In this document: piece by piece, positions 30,501-42,500 of the stretch
Layout: each line of letters starts with the position of its first letter
How positions within the stretch are numbered: the first letter of the stretch is position 1
Source: Glaucostegus cemiculus
Taxonomy: Eukaryota
NCBI GenBank assembly: GCA_976551045.1
Contig: CDPCPM010000023.1
Span: forward strand, 3,720,001 to 3,784,000
Reading direction: 5' to 3'
Length of the DNA stretch: 64,000 nucleotides
Notes under the pieces: generated by a model
Seen by the model: only the letters and a program-made list of their open reading frames with translations
The model's database searches: none
What the model was told of the DNA's origin: nothing
Translations under genes and position numbers: made by a program

Positions 30501-33500
30501 CCTTCAGCCAAACGTCTGACGCTGCCTGAAAATGCTTTCCTAAATCCAATGACCACCCAGGGTGCAACATGGTCCTTTGTCATCTGCTGCTCGCCTGTGG
30601 GCTGCACCCCAGCTCACGAGGGAAATTACAATCCACTTACGTGTAAAGTGATTCAGAACCACAGCTTCACTCTTCACTCCACCGTGAACGATAGTAGTCA
30701 CAGAGATGGTGTAATTGGTTCCAGATTGAAGGTTTCGGATGCTGATGGAATTTGACCTTTCATTCAAGGAGATGTCAGAACTGCTTGCAGTCCTGTACGT
30801 GATGCTGAAGTTGTACTGGGTGACCTCCATGTCCACTGGTCTTCCTAAGCTCAAGGAGATGGAACTGTTGCTTATAGCTGTCACAGTAATGCTCGCTGGC
30901 TTGGAAGGAACTGTCGGAGGCAGGTAATAGGATAATGATGGTTGGTAAAACCACAAAAATAGACAGAGCAACATAAACATCTGCACAAATTGCTCACTTC
31001 CATCAACATCGCATACGTCAGTCGTGCTAGTTAGTGGAGGACCCGTTCAAGCTGAGTCGCCCCTTTCCAGGTGCAGAAAACAGGTGCAAAGTTTCACTCC
31101 TCCACCTCCCAGGAGGAGATAATGTACAACCGTCAAAATCCTAGAGGGATTTTCATGGAAGAAGGACAAAGAGAGCCACCAATTGGCACCCTGCTCTGTC
31201 CGTGTGAGAATTATCAGGTCAACACCACAACCCATTTCCAGCAAGAATTATGCTGACTGATGCTCAGCAGGCATCTGTATCCACTGTTTTGTTGACTCCA
31301 CCACTGGCTAATGTATCTTCTCTCAACGATTGCGCAAGAAATTTGCGCTCCAGCTTGACCCTTCTGCTTGCTCAAGGAGGGGCACCCGACAACACAAATT
31401 CCATGTCAAGCCAGCCTTACCTGTAGTAGAAGAGACATTGACTGCATCAGCTGATGTATTATCTCCTGCCAGTGTGATTACGCTGAATGTGTATCCAGTT
31501 CCAGGATTTAGCTGCGTCACAGTAATCAATTCAACAGCAGTCGTCATTATCGAGAGATTTCCGCTCGGTACCACCTTATAGGTGTACTCAGGCTTGTGGT
31601 CGACGGGTCTGCCCCAGCTCAGGGTAACTGAAGTGGTGGTGCGATTTCTAACGGTTAACGAGTTCACAGGGTTTGGCTCTGCAATTATTAGTGAGATGTT
31701 GAGAATAACAGCAACCTCATACTGCCTCATGCTTCTCTGCACCTGCTTAATAACGAAAACTGGTGCTGCAGCCATGCATGTCATTGCCATTCCTTTCTAT
31801 TTGCAACACAGTGCCCGGCACGTTCCCGATCTGTCTGCATATCTCATGCCACCTTGCAGGCATTCAATGAAACAAGGCAACCACTGTCAAATAGCCTGTC
31901 ACATTCCTTTTTGCCTGCTTTCCTGAGTATCAATTAGTCATAATCCACAAAAGGTACTTGACAACTCATGGCAATCGACGAGTTATCTGCTTGCTCTACT
32001 GTCTCTGACGTGACTGCAGTATCCACTCACCGCAGCAAGCAGAACCACCAAATAACCACATACGACTTTTCCAATAAATGACGTACGTTGCCACGATGTA
32101 ATGCTTCAAAGGGACAACGTCTTAATTGCAAGGTTAGCTTCACTTCTTACATTTCTGGGCACCAGCCATCAACAGCTGCTGCTGATTATTGCATCCATCT
32201 GTCCCAGAGAAATACTCAACCTCTTCAAACACTCAAGACTTATCAATGTTAACCCATGCTACCAAGCTGCAACTCTCCTCCAACAATATGATTCCTACCA
32301 ATTATTACTCCATTTTGTTTACCAGTCCACACATACTGGAAGCACATCCTCCTGCCTGGGTGATAGAGTAGCAACTTGAATTGAGGCAGAAGAAACAGCT
32401 GCTCACTCATAAGAGAAGCTACAGCCCAATGAACACCCTGCAGAACTCCTTCAGCCAAACGTCTGACGCTGCCTGAAAATGCTTTCCTAAATCCAATAAC
32501 CACCCAGGGTGCCACATGGTCCTTCGTCATCTGCTGCCCGCCTGTGGGCTGCACCCCAGCTCACGAGGGAAATTACAATCCACTTACGTGTGAAGTGATT
32601 CAGAACCACAGCTTCACTCTTCACTCCACCGTGAACGATAGTAGTCACAGAGATGGTGTAATTGGTTCCAGATTGAAGGTTTCGGATGCTGATGGAATTT
32701 GACCTTTCATTCAAGGAGACGTCAGAACTGCTTGCAGTCCTGTACGTGATGCTGAAGTTGTACTGGGTGACCTCCATGTCCACTGGTCTTCCTAAGCTCA
32801 AGGAGATGGAACTGTTGCTTGTAGCTGTCACAGTAATGCTCGCTGGCTTGGAAGGAACTGTCAGAGGCAAGTAATAGGAAAATGATGGTTGGTGAAACCA
32901 CAAAAATAGACAGAGCAACTTAAACATCTGCACAAATTGCTCACTTCCATCAACATCGCATACATCAGTCGTGCTAGTTAGTGGAGGACCCGTTCAAGCT
33001 GAGTCGCCCCTTTCCAGGTGCAGAAAACAGGTGCAAAGATTCACTCCTCCACCTCCCAGGAGGAGATAATATACAACCGTCAAAATCCTTGAGGGATTTT
33101 CATGGAAGAAGGACAAAGAGAGCCACCAATTGGCACCCTGCTGTGTCCCTGTGACAATTATCAGGTCAACACCACAACCCATTTCCAGTAAGAATTATGC
33201 TGACTGATGCTCAGCAGGCATCTGTATCCACTGTTTTGTTGACTCCACCACTGGCTGATGTATCTTCTCTCATACGATTGCGCAAGAAGTTCGCGCTCCA
33301 GCTTGACCCTTCTGCTTGCTCAAGGAGATGCACCCAGCAACACAAATTCAACATCAAGCTACCCTTACCTGTAGTAGAAGAGACATTGACTGCATCAGCT
33401 GATGTATTATCTGCTGCCAGTGTGATTACACTGAATGTGTATCCAGTTCCAGGATTCAGTTGCGTCACAGTAATCAATTCAGTAGCAGTCATCATTATCG

Positions 33501-36500
33501 AGAGATTTCCGCTCGGTACCACCTTATAGGTGTACTCAGGCTTGTGGTCGACTGGTCTGCCCCAGCTCAGAGTAACTGAAGTGGTGGTGCGATTTCTAAC
33601 GGTTACCGAATTCACAGGGTTTGGCTCTGCAATTATTAGTGAGATGTTGAGAATAACAGCAGCCTCATACTGCCTCATGCTTCACTGCACCTGCTTAATA
33701 ACGAAGACTGGTGTGCCAGCCATGCATGTCATTGCCATTCCTTTCTATTTGCAACGCAGTGCCCGGCACCTTCCCGATCTGTCTGTACATCTGATGCCAC
33801 CTTGCACGCATTCAATGAAACAAGGCAACCACTGTCAAATAGCCTGTCACATTCCTTTTTGCCTGCTTTCCTAAGTATCAATTCGTCATAATCCTGAAAA
33901 GGTACTTGAGAATTCATGGCAATCGACGAGTTATCTGCTTGCTCTACTGGCTCTGACGTGACTGCAGTATCCACTCACCGCAGCAAGCAGAACCACCGAA
34001 CAACCACGTACAACTTTTCCAATAAATGACGTACGTTGCCACGATGTGATGCTTCAAAAGGACAACTTCTTTATTGCAAGGTTAGCTTCACTTCTTACAT
34101 TTCTGGGCACCAGCCATCAACAGCTTCTGCTAATTATTGCATCCATCTGTCCCAGAGAAATACTCAACCTCTTCATACACTCAAGACTTATCAATGTTAA
34201 CCCATGCTACCAAGCTGCAACTCTCCTCCAACAATATGATTCCTGCCAATTATTACTCCATTTTGATTACCAGTCCACACCTACTGCAAACACATCCTCC
34301 TGCCAGCGTGACAGAGAAGCAACTTGAATTGAGGCAGAGGAACCAGCTGCTCACTCATAAGAAAAGCTACAGCCCAATGAACACCCTGCAGAACTCCTTC
34401 AGCCAAACGTCTGACGCTGCCTGAAAATGCTTTCCTAAATCCAATGACCACCCAGGGTGCAACATGGTCCTTCGTCATCTGCTGCTCGCCTGTGGGCTGC
34501 ACCCCAGCTCACGAGGGAAATTACAATCGACTTACGTGTAAAGTGATTCAGAACCACAGCTTCACTGTTCACTCCACCGTGAATGATAGTAGTCACAGAG
34601 ATGGTGTAATTGGTTCCAGATTGAAGGTTTCGGATGCTGATGGAATTTGACCTTTCATTCAAGGAGACGTCAGAACTGCTTGCAGTCCTGTACGTGATGC
34701 TGAAGTTGTACTGGGTGACCTCCATGTCCACAGGTCTTCCTAAGCTCAAGGAGATGGAACTGTTGCTTATAGCTGTCACAATAATGCTCGCTGGCTTGGA
34801 AGGAACTGTTCAAGGCAATAATTGGATAATGATGGTGAAAATAACAATAGGTCAATCAACTTAAACTTCTACACAAATCACCCACTTCAATCAACATTAA
34901 TTCTGTTGGTCATGAATGTTGCAGCAATACGTGTTCAAGGTTTGTCCGCTGTTTGCTATTCGGAATGTTAACTGTGACATTAACTCCCACAGCTCTCAGT
35001 TTAAATCATATGCAGGCTGCACATCCTCCATCTCGATGCAGGGTTGGCAAGCAAGGGACAAACAGGACCTCAGATTGGCATCCTCCAGCATTCGCATTAC
35101 AACTGTCAGATGGCACATTAGTGCTCTATAAAGAATTAAGCTCACTGAGTCCATAGTTCACATTGTAACTACATACCCATTATCCAGAGATGGACAAAAT
35201 AAAAAAGAAATGACATTGGACCCGTTGCACAATGAAACGTAAACGTGAAGCAGCAACATTTTGTTCTCAGTGCCAAACCACAAATTTTATCACCATGCAT
35301 GAATTTTCAACATGAACTATTTCATTATTTTCTTAGTCAGGATCATCTAAGAAGGGACTTACTCCAGCTTAACCCATCTGGCTTGGTCAGGGAGGAACTC
35401 CAATTAAAGCAATTCCATATTAACCTTTCCTTACCTGTAGTCAAAGAGACAGTAACGGGATCTGCAGATGTGTTATCTGCCGCCATTGTAAACACACTAA
35501 AGACGTATCTTGTTCCTGGATTCAGTTGAGTCACAGTAATTAACTCATTACCAATCACAGTTGTTGAGAGATTTCCATTCACTGCCACCTTATAGGTATA
35601 CTCCGGCTTGTGGTTGAATGGTTGGTCCCAGCTCAGAGTAACTGAAGTCGTGGTGCGATTCAAAACGGTTACATTGTTCACAGGGTTTGGTTCTGCAATG
35701 ATTAATGACATGTTGAGAATAACATCAACTCATGTTGTCTCCACTTGATCTTTGACAACTGATGCTGGATATATCCATGACACTGCAATCCTTTTCTGTT
35801 GGTTAGGCAGTGCACAGTAGACTGTTGAACTGTGGATATTTAGTGTTGCCTTCAAGAGATCCAATAAAACAAGACAACCACTTTCAAACATCCTCTCAAT
35901 TTCTCCTCTGCTTCATCTCCTCAGGACCAATTAATCATAATCCTCTAAGGCACTTGACAAGCCAAGCCTGTCAACAGGTTCCAGAAGGGAAAAATCATCA
36001 TAATAACTGGAACCATTAAACAGTCAGGGGAGCTGCAATCACTTGTCTTTACAATAATTAATGCTAATTTCTATGACAAACTAAATCTCCAGTATTGGAA
36101 AAGCATTACCTCCTGCATGACTGGACACTGTCACTATTAACAAGCAGGGAACTAAGTTTATGCAGAGTTCTTGGCAATCTTTAATCTGGCAGTGGACTCC
36201 TTCTGAACCAAACCTTTTCCATTACTGACATTCCGTCTCCTTTCACGATCTGGCTACGCAATCTTAAATTCAGATTTAAAGGTGCTTTTTGACAAACCTG
36301 CATTCATGAAGGAAGCTTCCCTTCCTTTCAGCCATCAAACAAGATCAGGCATATCTTCATAAGCAGCTTGAGACAAGTTTTACCAACACTTCTACCTTTC
36401 AGTGCAATATATGGTGTGCAGCTGATGTGTCAAATAACGCCACTGAGTACATTCCTAATTTCAGTGCCTCACAACTGAGTGTTTGAGAGGTCAGATTGAC

Positions 36501-39500
36501 AGAGGATAATATTGCACACAAAGGAACTAATGCCTTGGTTCATGATGTGCAGGTGAAACCAGACATAGAGTCAGAAACATGGCTTTGTTCACTCTTGTGC
36601 CTCAGCATCAACATCTCATCGGCTAGGAGTGATAGGCACTAACTGCTCACCTAGCCAGCAATACATAGAGAAAGGTCAATGATAAATGCAAACAACAGGG
36701 GAGGATGAGAATAGTTGTTGCATCCCTCTGTCCCATGTGCTTAAGCCATGCCATCTGTCATGTGAAACCTGAGTCTTGAAAATTGCATTGATGACCTGAA
36801 GAAAAATATCTGCTAACAGAAGTTGTTTGTGCATTAGGTGCCAACAAGTGGTTACCTGTACAAGAAGCAGCTTCCAGCTTTCCATCTCCACACAACTATA
36901 GTCATCAGAAGCCTTTTGACTACAAGATACATTTGCCTTCTTCTCCAAACGGTAGAAGGAGTCAGGCTCGTGATGGGAAAGTGTGTTCCAGATGAGTTTT
37001 AATGACATGTTGTTACGAAACTTATATTTCACCAAGAGGACACTGTTTTGGCTTGCAAACATTGATGAGATGCTCCTGATTGGATCCATCTTAACCAGAG
37101 TAATGCTCAACAACATCATATCATGCAAAACTGATCAATACTAATACAAGCTACGCTGCTGTAACTCTCCACCAAAAATGTGACTCCTGGCAATTATTCC
37201 ATCGTGTAGATCCACCAGAACCACTTCAAATATTACAAGCACTACTCCAGTGCCAAGCTGAGAGAGCAACTATTATAACTCAGGCAGAGAAGCCAGCTGC
37301 ACATAAATAAGAAAAGCTGCAGCAAACTGAAGATTCTGCAGAACACCTGCAACCAAATATCTGACACTGCCTCCCAAATCCAATGATCACCAGCGGAAAC
37401 ATATTCCTTGCCTACTTGCTTTGTGCCTCCAACTCAGGAGGAAAATTTCATCCCACTTATACGGAAACTGATTTAGAACCACAGCGTAACACCTCAGTGA
37501 ACAGCTCATGTATTTAAGCCATGCCATCTCACATGTGAAACCTGAGCCTTTAAAACTGTATTCCCTCTTCGAGAGCTGTTTGTATTTCATGTGCCAAGAA
37601 GTAGAGACGGTTAATGAGAAGCAGGCTTCTACATTCTCTCTCCTCACAAGTGCAGTTATTACAACTTCTTTTATCCGAAGATGGACTTGCCCTCATCTCC
37701 ATGCTGCAGCGAATGTCAGGCTCATGATTAGGAAGACTGCCCCAGACCAGATTTAATGGCATCCTGATATGTGCCTCTAACTTCAATGAAGTGTCATGAT
37801 TCAATTTGTAATTGTGGATAATGTTAATAATTGGAATAAACTCATTCAGAGCAATACTCAACAAGCTCCACGTCAAAAGGTGATTCAATCCTAACACAAA
37901 CTAGACTGCAACATTCCATTCCAACAACGTTAAACTCCCTAGCAAGAACGTAACCGCAGCCAATTATTCTGCTGCATTTGCCACAAGAAGGCCAGTCTTA
38001 AGATACGAGAAATGTTTCTCTAGTGTCAAGGTTAAAGAGCACGAATTCTAACTGATTAATCATTCATCAGAAAAGCTGTAACCATCTCAGGTCTCTGCAG
38101 AACACCTTCAACCAAATATCTTGCACCATCTCCAAAATACAATCTTAAATCCAATGACGTCACAACCTGGAAGATTGTCCTTTCTTACTTGCTTCTTGCA
38201 TTCGGGCTGCAACACAGTCTACGAGGGAAATTTCACGCCACGTATGTGTAAACTGACTTCGAACCACAGCTTCACTCTTCACTCCACCGTGAACAATAGT
38301 AGTCACAAATATGGTGTAATTGGTTCCAGATTGCAGACCTTGGATCGTGGTGGAATTTGAACTTTCAATCAAGGAAACAACAGAACGGTTGGCAGTCCTG
38401 TATGTGATGTTGAAATTATACTGGTTGACCTCCATGTCCACAGGTCTTCCTAAGCTGAGGGAGATGGAACTGTTGCTTAAGGCCATCACATTGATGGCTC
38501 CTGGCTTGGAAGGAACTATCAGAGTCAAATACATGGATATTGATTGTTGGACAAAGAACAAAAACAGATACAGCAAATTAAGCATCTATGCAAATTGACA
38601 ACTCCAATCAGGAATACATATGTTCATCATCAACATTGCAGTAAAACCCTTTCAAGACTTAGCCACTATTTCCAAAATCAAAGGCCATCTGTGACATTCA
38701 CTGAAACAGCTCTCAGCATATGATCACGTACAGCACGCAACATTCTCCATCCATACACAGGGTTATCACAACCAAGGGAAACTGAGGGAACCATTAATTG
38801 GTGCCATAACAACTGTCAGGTCAGCACATTACAGCTCTATCAAGTTTTATGCTTCCTGATTCCATAATTCACATTGCAAAAATATCCCCATTACACTGAG
38901 ACAGATGAAAAGAATGAAAAAGGTACAACATGGGACCTTTCCACCTCATTACATCACTGGGATGTGATAACATTCTCTTTGCAAAGGTAGGAGACCATTT
39001 TCATCACGATGCATGGATTTTCAACTTGACCTTTTCATTATGTGTATAGTCTATTCTGACCTAGGATCAACTAAAGAGGGTCTCACTCCAGCTTAACCCA
39101 TCTGGCTTGGTCAGGGAGGAACTCCAATTAAAGCAATTCCATATTAACCTTTCCTTACCTGTAGTCAAAGAGACAGTAACGGGACCTGCAGATGTGTTAT
39201 CTGCCGCCATTGTAACACACACTAAAGACGTATCTTGTTCCTGGATTCTTTTCTGTTGGCTGGACATCCCACTTATACGGAAACTGATTTAGACCTACAG
39301 CATAACATCTCAATCTTAACATTAATCTCATACTGCCTGATGCGTCTCTGCACTTAATGATCCGTGTTAACTGGTTCTGCAGCCATCTATATCATACCAA
39401 TTACTTTCTATTTGCAAGGCATTGCCTAGTACATCCTTAAACTACATGCATATTTGATGCAATGTTCGCGAGATCTAATAAACATGGCAGCTAAATTCAT

Positions 39501-42500
39501 TCAGTCCCTTTTGCCTTCTTTCCTCACCACTATTTTATCATTATCCAAGCCACTCGACAAACAACATGTTTGGTTGGTGAACATCTTCTAGAAAGGCAAA
39601 TCATGGCAGTAGCCTGAAGCACTAAAAAGCCAACAAAGCTGTGACTTTCCATTAATTGATGCACATTTACGAGACACAGTGTTTGCAAACAACAAGATCT
39701 TAAATATAGAGCAAGCATAACCTCCTGCATATCCATCACATCCTGGTTGGGCCCAGCCCAGAGTAATTGAACTTGTGGCTGAATTTCTAATGTTTACCTT
39801 GTTCACAGGGTTTGGTTCTGCTATTATTAACGAGATGTTGAGAATAACATCAATCTCATAATGCCTGATACTTCTCTGCACTTAAAGATCTCTGATAATT
39901 GACAGTGTATCTATCCATGTCATTCCAATCTCTTTCCATTGTTAAGTAGTGTCCAGTTCATCTTTAACCTCGGTGCATTTTTAATGCCCCCTTCAACAGA
40001 CGAAATAAAACATAGCAAGCACATTCAATCATTCCCTCAACTTCCCCTTTTGTTATTTCCTCAGTATTTAACCATAATCACCAAAAATACTTGACAACCA
40101 TTGCCAGTCCACAAGATGTCTGGTTTGTCAACTAACTCTGACAGTTCCAGAAAGACAAATCACAGCAGTAATATGAACCCCTAAGCAAGCAGCAGAGCTG
40201 TGATCACCTATGACATTCCAATAACTGATGCACATCTTCAGAGCATGGTGCTTACAAACAAGATCTTCAATGTTGGGCAAGCATTACCTCATGATGTCTG
40301 AGCATGATTACCATCAACAACCAGGGAACCAAGCGTATGCAGAGTTCACAAAAATCTTCCAAGTCCTTATTTTTCAGTAAACCTCTTCTGAAACAATACA
40401 TTTGCCAACACCCATCTGCCATGGGAATATATAGCTACACAATCTTGAATTGAGTTTCAGAAGTCCTTTTTGACAAACACACATTCTTGAAGGGAAGGTT
40501 CCTTCTTTTCAACTACCTAGCCAATTCAGATATAGCCTCACAAGAAATATGAGTCAAGATTTACCAGTAATTCCCTTCTGTACTAGAAGACATGGTGAGT
40601 TTTGAATTTGTTAACCATCGCTGACGAGCAAGAGTCAGAATTTTAGGAGGCAAGTTTGAAAGGGGATAATATTCCATGAAAAGAACCAATGCTGGAGTTT
40701 GCAATGTGCAAATAATGTAGTCGGCAATAAAGCTTTGTAACACCTTAATCAGGAAACCTGATGCCCAACAACACTGTTTGAGCTGTTTCACCAGATAAAC
40801 AAAAGGTGGTGGATAAGCAACATCTTAAAAGGGAAACAGGGATGGGGAGTAAATATTTAGCATTTCTCACATCTTGAAAAGTGAATAACCAATTCAAGTA
40901 GGTGAGGATGAGAATAACTTTTCCACATCTTTGTCCCATCTACTTAAGCCAAGCCAGTACTCATTCAAAACCTGAGTCTATAGAACTATATCCATTCTCT
41001 GAAGAGAAAGATGTATTCGAGTCCTGTTTGTGTTTTGTATGTCAACAAGTGGATACAGTAACTATATGCAGGCTCGATCATCACATCTCCTCACAACTAC
41101 AGTCATTAGGAACCTTTTGATTTAGAATTGAACTTGCCCTCTCCTCCAAGCTTTCGCTACTATCAGGACTGTTATCAGCAAATCTGTTCTGGATGAGATT
41201 TAATGACCCAGTGCTCTGGGTATTCAGCCTCACTCAGATGACATTGTTCTGATTTGCAAGCATCAATGAGATGTTGATAATTGGGAGTTCAAGTATTAGA
41301 AACATCTCACTACTACCAAGATGCAAGGACTACAATTCTCAAGCACATAAACCAGCAGCCCATTTATAACAAAAGCTGCAACTAACTAAGCTCTCTGCAG
41401 AACACTCTCAAGGCTTGTAGTTGACTGATTTGTTTCAGCTCAGAGTCACTGAAGTGGTGTTGCAGGTTTAAAGGGTTATGTTTCTCACAGGATTTGGTTC
41501 TGCAGTTATTAATGAGATGTTGAGAACACATCAATCTCATACCTCCTCAGGCTCCACTGCTCTTTATGATGTGTGACATCTGATGCTGCATTGATTCATG
41601 CCATTCCAATTTCTTTTCACTGGCAATCTAGTGCCCATTGCAACAATCAATTTGTTAACATAATTGTTGATTATTTTTTTCCCCTCAAGGGATCCTTGCA
41701 ACTATTCCCTGAACTTCAATTTTGCACATTTTCCTCAAGAATTAATTCATTATCTTGGGTACTCTACTAGCCAAAGATGAACAAGCTGCCTTCTTGGCCA
41801 ACTGACTTCTTTAGGTTTTCAATTTGTCAAAGGACATGAGCATTTGAATAATCAAACATTTAATTGCTTTTTGATCATCTATCACTTTTCCATAATTCAT
41901 CTACATTTTAAATCTTAGCAGCTTTGGTTGTTAGGTTTGTAAATAAGCCTGAAACTTCTACCTTGTACTGTGAAGCAAGCACTGATCAAGTAAAGAAATA
42001 TTACGAGGTTGGTGGAAATCAGAAGTTAAGCATTACTACAATAATTGCTAAACACTCCACAGAAACGGGTAACCAACCATGTACAGATTCCGCGACAGAC
42101 TTTTGAGCCCCCATTTGGCAGTTGACTGGCATGTTTATAAAGATCTTAGTGAAGCCATCACCCTTCTCTGTGCTGCCAAAAGTGTTTAAATTTCTGTGTT
42201 CCCTCTATTTGGAATGTTTAGTTACTTTGTTAGAGAATGAAGCACATTTACAGCTGAAGTAATCTTCCATGAATGGATGTTTCCTTCCTTTGTATCATCT
42301 AAAAATATTAAAAAGAACCTCAAAGCAAGCTTGAGGTTAGATTTACTAGCACTTACCCATTGTAAATACAATAATGATATGTTGATGTTCTGTTACTTGA
42401 GTGACACTTAGAGCACGTAAACAAGCTTGACTCCTCTCACCTTTAATATTCCAGACACTAATGTGCTCAGTATTTCTAAACTGCATTGTTCATCAATAAA

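Larger units (their letters stand above)
1..34830. repeat. Intragenic tandem array of a 1946-1948 bp unit (exon A + intron + exon B + intron), ~18 copies, continuing beyond the left edge
   Basis: The same ORF set recurs at offsets of 1946, 1947 or 1948 (A-ORF ends 576, 2522, 4470, 6416 ... 33678). Introns are as similar as exons. Bases 1-266 match the intron at 1947-2212. Confidence 0.99.

Noticed and set aside
64-33678. Array as a cluster of separate 170-aa and 148-aa single-exon genes, the latter with a signal-like MQMFKLLCLFLWF start
   Set aside because: FN3 homology starts and stops exactly at AG/GT sites. The extensions are intronic; the hydrophobic leader is the translated T-rich intron region upstream of the acceptor, starts at GTG, and is lost in copy 18.
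1-34830. CRISPR-like array or prokaryotic repeat system
   Set aside because: Units are ~1.95 kb with no unique spacers, contain spliceosomal exons, and lie among vertebrate CR1 LINEs.
95-34864. Recurring plus-strand ORFs and short intronic ORFs (62-128 aa)
   Set aside because: They are antisense shadows or intron read-through, truncated or frameshifted differently among copies by 1-nt indels, with no recognisable domain.
267-35692. Dscam-style mutually exclusive exon cluster or recombination-based receptor diversity
   Set aside because: Copies are nearly identical and strictly alternate A/B with normal-size introns. No recombination signal or docking-site pattern was recognised, and little diversity could be generated.
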